Assembly (NCBI GenBank): GCA_016782785.1
Contig: JADHXV010000003.1
Coordinates: 1-39,512, forward strand
Source of the DNA: Planctomycetota bacterium
GTDB taxonomy: Bacteria > Planctomycetota > Phycisphaerae > FEN-1346
Reading direction: 5' to 3'
Length of the DNA stretch: 39,512 bases
Shown: positions 15,927 through 26,522 of the stretch, one piece after another
Position numbering within the stretch: position 1 is the stretch's first letter
How the letters are laid out: every line of letters starts with the position of its first letter
Program-made: the position numbers and the translations under genes
Notes under the pieces: model-generated
Told to the model about the DNA's origin: nothing
What the model saw: the letters and a program-made list of their open reading frames with translations, nothing else
Database searches by the model: none

Positions 15927-17746
15927 TAGCGCGGGCCGCCGTGGCCTGTTCTGCCGCGTTGGCGCTGCTGGCCGCCGACGTCGGTCACACGGACCTCACG
16001 CGTCTGGAGCCGTTCGACCCGCACGCCGCTCGGCCCGTCCAGCGGGCACACGTTCTCGCATGTGCCGCAGCCGATGCACCGGTCGCGGAGGACGTACGGC
16101 CGGGCCAGCAGGCGCGACTTGGGCGGCATGGCCTCCAGTTCGGCCCGCTCGGTGTCCGACAGCGTGCCGGCGGCGAGACGGGCCTCCAGGTCCTCGTACC
16201 GGTGCCGCTTCGATTGCGGCAAGGCGAGCCAGTCGAGGTTGGCCACCTCTTCGGTCCGGTGGGAGATGGCCTTGTCGGGCAGGGGGCACTGTTCCTCGCA
16301 CGTCAGGCACTCTTCGCCGCGGGCCCACGGCAGGCACCGCGTGGGGTCGAAGACGGCCGTGCCGATCTTGTGCGCGATCTTCTCGGCGTGCGCGAGCGCC
16401 TGGATGGCGCCGGTCGGGCACACCTTGCCGCACAGGTTGGCCGTGCCGTCCAGGCGGCCGGCCTGCACGTCGTCGGCCGGGACGCCGCAGTAATATTCAC
16501 AATAGCCGATATTGAAGACGAACGTGGGCGTCCAGAGGCCCGCCAGGCCGTTCTCGATGCCCGACGGATGGAGCGCGTTCGTGGGGCAGACGCGCATGCA
16601 GGCGCCGCAGCGGACGCACGCGGCCAGGAACTCGGTGTCGGGCCGAAGGGCCCCCGGCGGCCGGACCTTCGGGTTCGTCTCGTTCTTCTCGCGGGTCCGC
16701 TGGTCCAGCAGCATCGCCGGCGCGACGACCGCCGCCGCCGCGGCCGAGCCCAGAAACGCCCGCCGCCCCGGCACCACCCGCGGCTCCGGACGCACCGGTC
16801 CCGGCCGGCCAGCCCCGATGTGGATGGCGTCGACCGGGCAGAACTCACGCTCGCATGAATAACAGAAGATGCATTCCTGGACGAGGCCCCGGTATCGCTC
16901 GCCGTCGGCCGTCGGCTCCAGCGCGCCCACCTTGCAGCGGTCGCGGCACGCGCCGCACGCAATGCAGGCGTCGCTGACCCGCGGCCGAAACGGGCTGACC
17001 GACCCCGCCAGGCCCAGCATCGCGCCCAGCGGGCACAGGTTCCGGCACCAGAACCGTTTCTGATACGCCTGCGCGAGCCAGATGCCGAGCAGCACGGCGG
17101 CAAACACGGCCAGCCACAGGTACCCGATGCCCGCGGTGCCTTCCTTGAAATTGGCGTCGCGGATGAACAGGCCCGCGCCCGACGCCCAGTCGTACACGCC
17201 GGCCGCCGCGTCGATGCCGGCCTCCTCGGCGGCCACGAGGCCGGTCTTGGCGGCCCAGTCGGCAATCGGGTAGACCGCCACCGCGAACGAGCGGGTGGCG
17301 ATGCAGACGGGGTCGAACCAGCCGAACACGCCCAGGCCGAACAGGGCGGTCACCAGGAGCGCCGCCAGCAGGCCGTACTTCATCTGCCGAAGCGCCGGGG
17401 CGGCCTCGCGCGTCCGCTTGCGCCTGCGGAAAAGGACCTTGTCGATGATGTCCATCGATGTGCCGAGCGGGCAGATCCATCCGCAGTACGCCCGCGGGAA
17501 GAGGAGCGAAAGGGCCAGCACCGCCAGGGCCGCCAGCAGGGCCGCCGAAAACGCCCCCGCCAGCGTCATGCCCACCAGGATGAGCGGGTCCGTGATGAGG
17601 AACAATCGCGCCAGCCACGGGTGGTCCGTGACCGTGGTGCCGAGCGCCGTGGCGACGACCAGCCCGACAAAGAGGCCGAGGAAGACGAGTTGCGACACGA
17701 TCCGCAGGACGTGCAGCAGGTGGCGTGGCTTCTTACGCTTGGCCAT
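15926..17746 (-). CDS. Membrane polyferredoxin (NapH/MauN-like TM domain fused to NapG/MauM-like 4Fe-4S domains)
   Basis: YCGWICPLG, WCRNLCPLG, CIACGACRDRC, CIFCYSC, RPPGA, CVRCGACMRVCP, CLTCEEQCP and CIGCGTCENVCP motifs. Start overlaps the upstream stop (TGATG). Confidence 0.92.
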   Translation of the reverse strand: MAKRKKPRHLLHVLRIVSQLVFLGLFVGLVVATALGTTVTDHPWLARLFLITDPLILVGMTLAGAFSAALLAALAVLALSLLFPRAYCGWICPLGTSMDIIDKVLFRRRKRTREAAPALRQMKYGLLAALLVTALFGLGVFGWFDPVCIATRSFAVAVYPIADWAAKTGLVAAEEAGIDAAAGVYDWASGAGLFIRDANFKEGTAGIGYLWLAVFAAVLLGIWLAQAYQKRFWCRNLCPLGAMLGLAGSVSPFRPRVSDACIACGACRDRCKVGALEPTADGERYRGLVQECIFCYSCEREFCPVDAIHIGAGRPGPVRPEPRVVPGRRAFLGSAAAAAVVAPAMLLDQRTREKNETNPKVRPPGALRPDTEFLAACVRCGACMRVCPTNALHPSGIENGLAGLWTPTFVFNIGYCEYYCGVPADDVQAGRLDGTANLCGKVCPTGAIQALAHAEKIAHKIGTAVFDPTRCLPWARGEECLTCEEQCPLPDKAISHRTEEVANLDWLALPQSKRHRYEDLEARLAAGTLSDTERAELEAMPPKSRLLARPYVLRDRCIGCGTCENVCPLDGPSGVRVERLQTREVRVTDVGGQQRQRGRTGHGGPR

Positions 17747-18732
17747 CAGGCAGCCACCTCGATCTTCGCCGGGTCGGCGGTGCCCAGGCCGGCCTCGGCG
17801 CCGCGGGCGACCATCTCGACGGCCTTCAGGTCGTGGTGCCCCTTGGGCCAGGGCAGGTGGGCCGGGTCGGCCGCCCAGCAGTCGATCGTTGTCGAGGAGG
17901 TGCCGCAGACGATCGTGTCGGCCCGGACGACTTGGTCTTTCCGGCCGCCGCCGGGTCCGCCGTCGATCATCACGCGCGTGGCGTCCAGGATGTTGAACGT
18001 GGGCGTGATAGTCACGTTCAGGTCGGCCAGGTTCTGATGAATCTCCTGGTGCATCTTGCCTCGGTCGCCGCCCTGCGTGCCCATCAGGTTCTTCATGCAC
18101 AGCGTCACGTAGCAGAGGTTATGCGTCTTGGCGACGGCCACGTTGACGAGGACGTCGCACGTCAGCACGTCGTCGTAGATGGGCCACTCCTTCAGCCGCT
18201 TGCACCGCGGGTCGGCGAACGTCACCGTGCGGAACCGGTGGCGCTGGCACAGGAAGACGTCGGCCCCGGCCTCGCGGGCGGCCTCTTCGATGCCGCTGAA
18301 CTGGTAGCACTTGGCGTCGGTGCCGACCGAGTTGTCGAAGACCTTGACGGTGGCCGCGCCGGCCTCCCGGCACAGGCGGACCACCGTGGCGACGACGGTG
18401 GGGTCGACGGTGGCGCCCATCTCGGGCACCTGGGCCCATCCGATGTTCGGCTTGACGACGACGATGTCGCCCTGGCGGACGAACGTGCGGACGCCGTCTT
18501 TGCCGCACAGGTTCTCGATGGCCGTCTGGACGTTGCGGGCCGGGTCGTCACCGCCCTGGGCGAGGCCGATGCGGTTCTTCCATGCCTCGGCCTGGGGATG
18601 GGCGCGGGCGCGGTAGGTGGCGTCGGCGTTTCCGCCTCCGCCGCAGCCGGGCAGGGCGGCCATGCCGGCTGCACCGAGCGCGGCCGCGCCGGCAGTCGTC
18701 AGAAAGGTCCGTCGCGGCAGGCGGTGGGCCAT
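17746..18732 (-). CDS. DUF362 family protein with Tat (lipo)protein signal
   Basis: RRTFL twin-arginine motif and LPGC. VVVKPNIGW, NVAVAKTH and TLCMKNLMG motifs. GGAGG RBS before ATG 18732. Confidence 0.88.
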   Translation of the reverse strand: MAHRLPRRTFLTTAGAAALGAAGMAALPGCGGGGNADATYRARAHPQAEAWKNRIGLAQGGDDPARNVQTAIENLCGKDGVRTFVRQGDIVVVKPNIGWAQVPEMGATVDPTVVATVVRLCREAGAATVKVFDNSVGTDAKCYQFSGIEEAAREAGADVFLCQRHRFRTVTFADPRCKRLKEWPIYDDVLTCDVLVNVAVAKTHNLCYVTLCMKNLMGTQGGDRGKMHQEIHQNLADLNVTITPTFNILDATRVMIDGGPGGGRKDQVVRADTIVCGTSSTTIDCWAADPAHLPWPKGHHDLKAVEMVARGAEAGLGTADPAKIEVAA

Positions 18733-18790
18733 GGGTCGGCCTCCCGAAATGGCCATGCGGCGCCGCCCGGATGGGGAGGGGCGGGCAGCG

Positions 18791-19210
18791 CTACTTCGCG
18801 TTCTCGATGCCCTTGTCGAGTTGCTTAATGAACCCCTGGACGATCTCGACGAGGTTGGGGATGGCGAACGGTTTGCGCAAATACTCGTCCACGCCGTTCT
18901 GCTCGGCGAATTCCTGGTGCCGCATCCCCTCGTTGCCGGTGACCATGCAGATGAGCGGCCGCTTGCCCTTCATCGAGGCCTTGCCCTTGAGCCGCTGGAG
19001 CACCTGGAACCCGCCGCGCCGCGGCAGCATGAGGTCCAGGACCAGGATGTCGGGGTCCTGTTGTTCGGCAACATCGAGGGCCTGGAGGCCGTCGCGGGCG
19101 GTCAGGACCTGCTGGTTCAGGTTCTGGAGGCCGACCAGGATGGTGGCCACGATGTCCGGGTCGTCATCGACCACCATGATCTTGTACTTTCCGTTCGTCT
19201 GCTCGGTCAT
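18791..19210 (-). CDS. Single-domain response regulator (REC)
   Basis: IMVVDDD, LVLDLMLP, MVTG and YLRKPF: acidic pocket, phospho-Asp, Thr and Lys are all intact. Confidence 0.92.
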   Translation of the reverse strand: MTEQTNGKYKIMVVDDDPDIVATILVGLQNLNQQVLTARDGLQALDVAEQQDPDILVLDLMLPRRGGFQVLQRLKGKASMKGKRPLICMVTGNEGMRHQEFAEQNGVDEYLRKPFAIPNLVEIVQGFIKQLDKGIENAK

Positions 19211-19245
19211 AGGGCGGCTCTCCTGCATGGACGCAAGACCCTCCC

Positions 19246-19275
19246 ATTATACGAGAAAGCGGGGCGACGCGTCAA
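19246..19275 (-). promoter_or_regulatory. Sigma70 promoter of the REC gene
   Basis: Minus strand TTGACG-18 nt-TATAAT. Confidence 0.75.
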
Positions 19276-19386
19276 CGAAACCCGGCGGGCCGCGGCCGAA
19301 AGGGAATAGAAAATCTCATAAGCGCGATGCAACGGCATCAGGCTGTTTCTGAAGGGGGGCATACCTGAAACACCGGCGGGTCGACG

Positions 19387-19405
19387 GGCAGCCGCCACGG
19401 CTGCC
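19387..19405 (-). terminator. GC hairpin downstream of the small lipopeptide ORF (possible terminator or stabiliser)
   Basis: 8-bp stem GGCAGCCG-TGG-CGGCTGCC, 14 nt after the stop. No clear U-tract. Confidence 0.35.
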
Positions 19406-19419
19406 GGGACACCTCAGCC

Positions 19420-19509
19420 TCACCCCGGTCTGCAGCCGCAGGCCAACAGCGCGAGGGCCAGCAGCGCGATGCCGGCAACCATCAGGATTAAGCGGCGAAT
19501 GTGTCGCAC
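19420..19509 (-). CDS. 29-aa small protein, lipoprotein signal peptide-like (MRHIRRLILMVAGIALLALALLACGCRPG)
   Basis: GTG start with GGAG 7 nt upstream. Basic n-region, long h-region, LLAC/ACGC lipobox-like end. Has its own promoter. Not in the supplied ORF track. Confidence 0.65.
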   Translation of the reverse strand: MRHIRRLILMVAGIALLALALLACGCRPG

Positions 19510-19538
19510 GAGCCGTCTCCGGGTCACAGTACCGCTGT

Positions 19539-19567
19539 ATTCTAGGCGCAGCCGTTCCTAAGAGCAA
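19539..19567 (-). promoter_or_regulatory. Sigma70 promoter of the small ORF
   Basis: Minus strand TTGCTC-17 nt-TAGAAT, about 30 nt upstream of GTG 19509. Confidence 0.6.
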
Positions 19568-19593
19568 GCCGCTTCGGCGGGCGACACGTTCCG

Positions 19594-20619
19594 TCACCCC
19601 GCCGGCAGGAACCCAAGTCGCCACGCCGCCGCACCCACCGCCACGCCGCTCAGGCAGACGGCGTGCGTGAGGATGAACGTGGCGTTGGCCAGGTCCTTGT
19701 TCAGATGGAACAGGTTGGCTATCAGCACCGAGTACAGGGCCGACGGCATGACGGCCAGCAGCAGGCAGACCTCCAGCGGCATGCCCGTCAGGCCCATCGC
19801 GAGGGCCAGCACCAGTGTCAGGGCGGGGCTGACGAGGAACTTCAGCGCCGCCGTCCCCATCGCCTTCTTCCAGAAGACGGGCAGCCGGCGGGCGACCACC
19901 GTCATCCCTACGCCGCCGAACTGCGCGACGATGCCGATGACCATCAACGCGTCGAGCACGTGCCATCGCTGGATGGCCGCAGGCGGCGCCACCGCCCGCA
20001 GGTTCAGCGTCAGGCCCAGGGCTGCCGTGTACAGTGGCAGGCTCCGGAGGTCCGTCAGACTTCGCAGCAGAATCCGCCCGGCATAGTGGAGGCCGGATTC
20101 GCCCGCCGCCTCGCCCGCCGCACGTTGGCCGTAGTGGCGGGCCAGGGGGAAGCAGAACAGGAACGCGAAGAACGGCCACATGAGGCAGTACATCTGCTCG
20201 ACGGCCAAGCCCTGGACGCCCCAGAGGGCGAACGCCAAGCTCCCGCCCAGCGTGTACCCGACGTTCCCCATGCCGCTCTGGAGGCCGAAGACGGCGGCGT
20301 CGCCCGGTGGCATCCGCCGCGCGCGGGCCACCGCCAGGCCGACCAGGCACGTGGCCACCGCCACCATCCCGCCCAGGACGGGCACCTTCCAGATGCCCTC
20401 GCGAATCGTCAGGTGCCAGACGGCCAGGCCGGCGATGGGGGCGTCGCAGCCGATGATGGCGGCACTCATCACCGGCCGGGCCCAGCCCGGCTTCGCCAGG
20501 CCGGTCCGCCGGGCCACGTACCCGCCGGCCATCGCCGCCACGATGCACCCCATGTACGCGATGAACCGGATCTGGTCGGGCCCGACCTCGGTCACCTGGT
20601 TCGCCAGGAGGATGGGCAC
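19594..20619 (-). CDS. AEC (auxin efflux carrier) family permease
   Basis: About 10 TM segments; MGNVGYTLG, ALKFLVSP, LLAVMPSALYSVL and DLANATFILT motifs. Confidence 0.85.
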   Translation of the reverse strand: MPILLANQVTEVGPDQIRFIAYMGCIVAAMAGGYVARRTGLAKPGWARPVMSAAIIGCDAPIAGLAVWHLTIREGIWKVPVLGGMVAVATCLVGLAVARARRMPPGDAAVFGLQSGMGNVGYTLGGSLAFALWGVQGLAVEQMYCLMWPFFAFLFCFPLARHYGQRAAGEAAGESGLHYAGRILLRSLTDLRSLPLYTAALGLTLNLRAVAPPAAIQRWHVLDALMVIGIVAQFGGVGMTVVARRLPVFWKKAMGTAALKFLVSPALTLVLALAMGLTGMPLEVCLLLAVMPSALYSVLIANLFHLNKDLANATFILTHAVCLSGVAVGAAAWRLGFLPAG

Positions 20620-20631
20620 GCGGCGGCCTCG

Positions 20632-22062
20632 CTACACGTCGGCGTCGTCGATCAGCCGCCGGAGCCCCTCGTACGAGGCGGCTTCGGCCGGCAGGCCCTT
20701 CGCGGTGGGCGAGGAGATGTCGCCGTGGACGCCCATCAGCGCCCGCGCGGCCTCTTTGCCGGCCTCGACGCCCGGCTGGTCGTACGTGTTGATGCCGAGC
20801 ATCGCCCCGGCGATGGACGTCTCAACCATCAGCATATAGAGAAGGCCACCAACGTTCCACGCGTCGGCGCGGGGCAGGACGATCTGCGTCGTCGGACGCT
20901 TCGACACCGCCGCCAGCGCCCAGATGGTCGCCCGTTCCTCGGCCTTCAGCAGGTCCTTCATCGTGCGGCCCTCGAGGTAATCGGCGCCCCCCAGGCCGGC
21001 CGGGGCCTGGGGCAGCGGCAGGGTGCAGCCGAACCGGTCCACCGAGAGGATGGTGAAGACCTTGTCGTTGGGGCCGTCGCGGTACAGTTGGACCTGGCTG
21101 TGCTGGTCGGTGACGCCCAGGGCCTTGATCGGCGTCGGGCCGACCTGTTCGCCGCCGGCCGTGGTCTTGCCGAGGCTCTCGGCCCACAGTTGCCGGTACC
21201 AGTCGGCCACGTCGCGCAGCGCCGCCGCGTAGGGCATCATGACGCTCATCGTCTTGCCCTTGCGGTAGAGGCCGATCTGGACGGCCGCGCCGGCGGCCGC
21301 GGGGTTATCGTCGAGCCGGCCGGCAGTGCACCGCTTGTCCATGGCGCGGGTGCCGGCGAGCAGCGCCCGGACGTCGATGCCGATCATCGCCGCCGGAAAC
21401 GTGCCCACCGGCGTCATCACGCTGAACCGCCCGCCGACGCCGTCCGGCACGACGAAACTCTCCAGGCCCATCTCGTTGACCAGCGGCCGCAGCAGGCCGG
21501 CCCGCGCGTCGGTCGTCACGACCACGTGCCTCCGCAAGTTCCTCTTGCCCACGCACGATTCCAGCAGTTCCATCACCAGGAGGAACTGCGACACCGTCTC
21601 GGCCGTGCTGCCGCTCTTCGAGATCACATTGACAAGTGTCCGCTTCGGGTCGATGAGGTCCAGCATCGTGGCGAACTCGTCCGGGTCCACGTTGTCCATG
21701 ACCCACACGCGCGGCAAGCCCTGGCGTTTCTCGCGCGGCAGGCTGTTCCAGTACGGTGTTCGGAGGGCCGTCTTCAGGGCCGTCAGGCCCAGCGCGCTGC
21801 CGCCGATGCCCAGGATGACCACGTCGTCGAACAGGCCGGCCTTCGCGCGGGCGCTCGCGAGGACGGCCCCGAGTTGCGAGAGACCCTGCCGATGCGGCAC
21901 GTCGCGGTAAGGCGTCCGGTCGCGCTCGCGGTTCAGGCGCCCGACGATGCCCGCGATCTCCCGACTCAGGGCGGACCACTCCTTAGGCGTCAGGCCGTGC
22001 GTCTTGCCGACCACGTCCGCCGTGGCGCCGTGGATCTTGAACTGGATCGATTTTCTGGCCAT
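20632..22062 (-). CDS. pgi: Glucose-6-phosphate isomerase
   Basis: LGIGGSALG, VISKSGSTAET, VGGRFSV, QLWAESLGK, DQHSQVQLY and YDQPGVEAGK motifs. AAGGAG RBS before ATG 22062. Confidence 0.96.
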   Translation of the reverse strand: MARKSIQFKIHGATADVVGKTHGLTPKEWSALSREIAGIVGRLNRERDRTPYRDVPHRQGLSQLGAVLASARAKAGLFDDVVILGIGGSALGLTALKTALRTPYWNSLPREKRQGLPRVWVMDNVDPDEFATMLDLIDPKRTLVNVISKSGSTAETVSQFLLVMELLESCVGKRNLRRHVVVTTDARAGLLRPLVNEMGLESFVVPDGVGGRFSVMTPVGTFPAAMIGIDVRALLAGTRAMDKRCTAGRLDDNPAAAGAAVQIGLYRKGKTMSVMMPYAAALRDVADWYRQLWAESLGKTTAGGEQVGPTPIKALGVTDQHSQVQLYRDGPNDKVFTILSVDRFGCTLPLPQAPAGLGGADYLEGRTMKDLLKAEERATIWALAAVSKRPTTQIVLPRADAWNVGGLLYMLMVETSIAGAMLGINTYDQPGVEAGKEAARALMGVHGDISSPTAKGLPAEAASYEGLRRLIDDADV

Positions 22063-22080
22063 CGTTGGCTCCTTGCTGTC

Positions 22081-22105
22081 GGGTGCCACCGGCGGCTTGC
22101 CCGCC
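22081..22105 (+). repeat. REP-like family C unit
   Basis: GGGTGCCAC-C-GGCGG-CTTGC-CCGCC in the pcrA-pgi spacer. Confidence 0.5.
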
Positions 22106-22120
22106 GCCACGCGCCGCTCC

Positions 22121-24322
<2,202 letters not shown>

Positions 24323-24359
24323 CGTTCGCCGTCTCGCTGAGAGTTCATCGGAAGGCCCC

Positions 24360-24446
24360 ACTATAGCAGGCCGTTCGACGGGTGTCCAGTTGCCGGGGAG
24401 CGTGAGGGTTTCCGCGTTGCTGTTCTGCGTCATTCTGTGGTACACT
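24360..24446. promoter_or_regulatory. Divergent promoters for pcrA and manA
   Basis: Minus strand: TGGACA-17-TATAGT (24388-24360). Plus strand: TTGCTG-18-TACACT with extended TG (24417-24446). Confidence 0.6.
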
Positions 24447-24490
24447 GATACGATTGCAGGTGTGCTGGCCGCTCCCGGGAGGAGGCAGTC

Positions 24491-25495
24491 GTGCTGCCAA
24501 TGCGGATGCAGCCGATTTACAAGGAACGCGTGTGGGGCGGGCATCGCCTGGCCGACCTGCTCGGCAAAGATGTGCCGGCCGACCGGCCCATCGGCGAGTC
24601 GTGGGAACTGGCTGACCATCCGAAGGGCCGGAGCCTGATTGCCGACGGGCCGTTCGCGGGCAAGACCCTCCGCTGGCTCCTCGATCGCCACGCCGACGCG
24701 GTCGTCGGCCGCAATGAGAGGGCTCGCGGGGCCGCCGCGCGGTTTCCGCTGCTCGTCAAGTTTATTGATGCCGCGGACCGGCTCAGCGTCCAGGTCCATC
24801 CGGACGACGCCGCCGCGGCCGTGCGGCACGGCGGCGAGAGCGGTAAGGCCGAGTGCTGGGTCGTCCTGGCCGCCGAGCCCGACGCCTGGGTCGTCGACGG
24901 CCTCGCGCCGGCCGTCACGCGCAAGGCGCTCGGAGAGGCCATCCGCGCGGGTAACGTGCAGGACCTCCTGATCTTCCGGAAAGTGGCTCCGGGAGACGTG
25001 ATTTGGATTCCGGTCGGGCACGTGCACGCTGCCGGGCCCGGCGTCCTGCTGGCCGAAATCCAGCAGAACTCGGACCTGACGTACCGCCTGTACGACTGGG
25101 ACCGCGCGGGCCTGGACGGCAAACCGCGCGACCTGCACGTCGAGGCCGCGCTCGAGACCATCGTGTTCGACGGCGAGCCGACCCCGTCGGGCGGGCGAGG
25201 GCGGACCATCAGCGAGACCGGCCTGGAGATCGAGCACCTCGTCGACTGCCACGCCTTCAGCCTGAGCCGCGTGCGGCTCGACCGCCGGCCGTGGGCGGCC
25301 GGGACCGGCGGGACGTACGCCGCGGTGATCGTCCTGGAGGGCAGGGCGACGCTGGCCGCCGACGACGGGCAAGCGGCGCTCGAACCCGGCGCGACGCTGC
25401 TCGTGCCCGCCGACGCCGGCGAATACGCCTTCACGGACGCGGATAACCTGGTGTGCCTGGTAGCGGCCCCGCCCGGCAAGGCCCCCACTCGGTAA
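24491..25495 (+). CDS. manA: Type I mannose-6-phosphate isomerase (cupin)
   Basis: VWGG, GESWE, FPLLVKFIDA, LSVQVHPDD, GKAECW and EIQQNSDLTYRLYDW motifs. GGAGGAGG RBS. Confidence 0.92.
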   Translation: MLPMRMQPIYKERVWGGHRLADLLGKDVPADRPIGESWELADHPKGRSLIADGPFAGKTLRWLLDRHADAVVGRNERARGAAARFPLLVKFIDAADRLSVQVHPDDAAAAVRHGGESGKAECWVVLAAEPDAWVVDGLAPAVTRKALGEAIRAGNVQDLLIFRKVAPGDVIWIPVGHVHAAGPGVLLAEIQQNSDLTYRLYDWDRAGLDGKPRDLHVEAALETIVFDGEPTPSGGRGRTISETGLEIEHLVDCHAFSLSRVRLDRRPWAAGTGGTYAAVIVLEGRATLAADDGQAALEPGATLLVPADAGEYAFTDADNLVCLVAAPPGKAPTR

Positions 25496-25502
25496 GGTTG
25501 TC

Positions 25503-26522
25503 ATGGCGTTGGAACGGCTACAGAAGATCCTGGCGCGGGCCGGCATCGGCTCGCGGCGCGCCTGCGAAGACCTCGTCGCCGACGGTCGGGTGACCGTCGA
25601 TGGCCGCACCGTGACCGAGCTGGGCACGAAGGCCGACCCGGAGCGGCAGGATGTCCGTCTCGACGGCCGGCCGGTCCGCCCCGAACCGTTCGAATACTGG
25701 ATCCTCAATAAGCCCAAGGGCGTCGTCTGCACCAACGTCGACCCTGCCGGCCGCACCCGCCCCGTCGACCTGATCCCGGAAAGCGGCCGCCGGCTGTTCC
25801 CCGTGGGCCGGCTCGACGCCGACTCCAAGGGCCTCTTGCTGATGACGAACGACGGCGACCTGGCCAACCGTCTCATGCACCCTCGGTACGAGGTGCCGAA
25901 GACGTACCTGGCGCAGGTCTCCGGCCCGGTGACCCGCGAGGACGTACGGCGCCTGATTCAGGGCGTGTACCTGGCCGAGGGGAAGACGCAGAGGGCGAAG
26001 GTCGCCGTGCTGAAGCGGAGCCGTTCGCGGTCGACGCTCGAGATCACGATTCGCGAAGGGCGGAACCGGCAGATTCGCCGCATGCTCGCACGGCTCAGGC
26101 ACCCCGTGCGCGAAGTCGTGCGAACGCGCCTCGGCAGGATCAGCCTGCGCGGGCTCGGTCCCGGCAAGGCTCGACGCCTGACCGCGGACGAGATAGAATA
26201 CCTGAAAAGGCTTCCGGACGCGCCGCCGGCGGAAGAGGAACGCGCAGAGGCGGGGCCCGGCCGGGGCCGGGGTCCTCGCCGGACCGGGGCCGGACCTCCC
26301 GACGGCGGTCGGCCGCCGGGCCGGGCGCGGGGCCGGCCGCCGGCACGCAAGACCGGAAGCAAGCGACCAGGAAAAGGCGATCGCAAGCATGACTCAGTTG
26401 GAACGGGCAAGACAGGGGGAGATCACGGACGCGGTGCGGGCCGTGGCCGAGGCCGAGGGCCTCGACGCCGAGACGGTCCGCCGCCGCGTGGCCGAAGGCC
26501 GCGTCGCGATTCCCCTGAATAA
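25503..26522 (+). CDS. rluB: S4-domain rRNA pseudouridine synthase (RluB/RsuA family)
   Basis: ERLQKILARAGIGSRR, LNKPKG, VGRLDADSKGLLLMTNDG and EGRNRQIRRM motifs. The low-complexity tail overlaps thiC. Confidence 0.9.
   Translation: MALERLQKILARAGIGSRRACEDLVADGRVTVDGRTVTELGTKADPERQDVRLDGRPVRPEPFEYWILNKPKGVVCTNVDPAGRTRPVDLIPESGRRLFPVGRLDADSKGLLLMTNDGDLANRLMHPRYEVPKTYLAQVSGPVTREDVRRLIQGVYLAEGKTQRAKVAVLKRSRSRSTLEITIREGRNRQIRRMLARLRHPVREVVRTRLGRISLRGLGPGKARRLTADEIEYLKRLPDAPPAEEERAEAGPGRGRGPRRTGAGPPDGGRPPGRARGRPPARKTGSKRPGKGDRKHDSVGTGKTGGDHGRGAGRGRGRGPRRRDGPPPRGRRPRRDSPE

Noticed and set aside
19207-19422. Selenocysteine or readthrough of TGA-GGC-TGA after the small lipopeptide ORF, with the hairpin as SECIS
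   Set aside because: The downstream frame runs through the REC gene promoter and looks non-coding. The hairpin is a plain GC stem, and no Cys-homolog evidence is available.
24323-25876. 1251-aa helicase fusion suggested by the ORF track
   Set aside because: The upstream part is antisense to manA and rluB. The helicase begins at MDMLDDL (24322) behind its own promoter.
26280-26388. TPP riboswitch upstream of thiC
   Set aside because: The region is rluB coding sequence, and I see no CTGAGA-type aptamer core.
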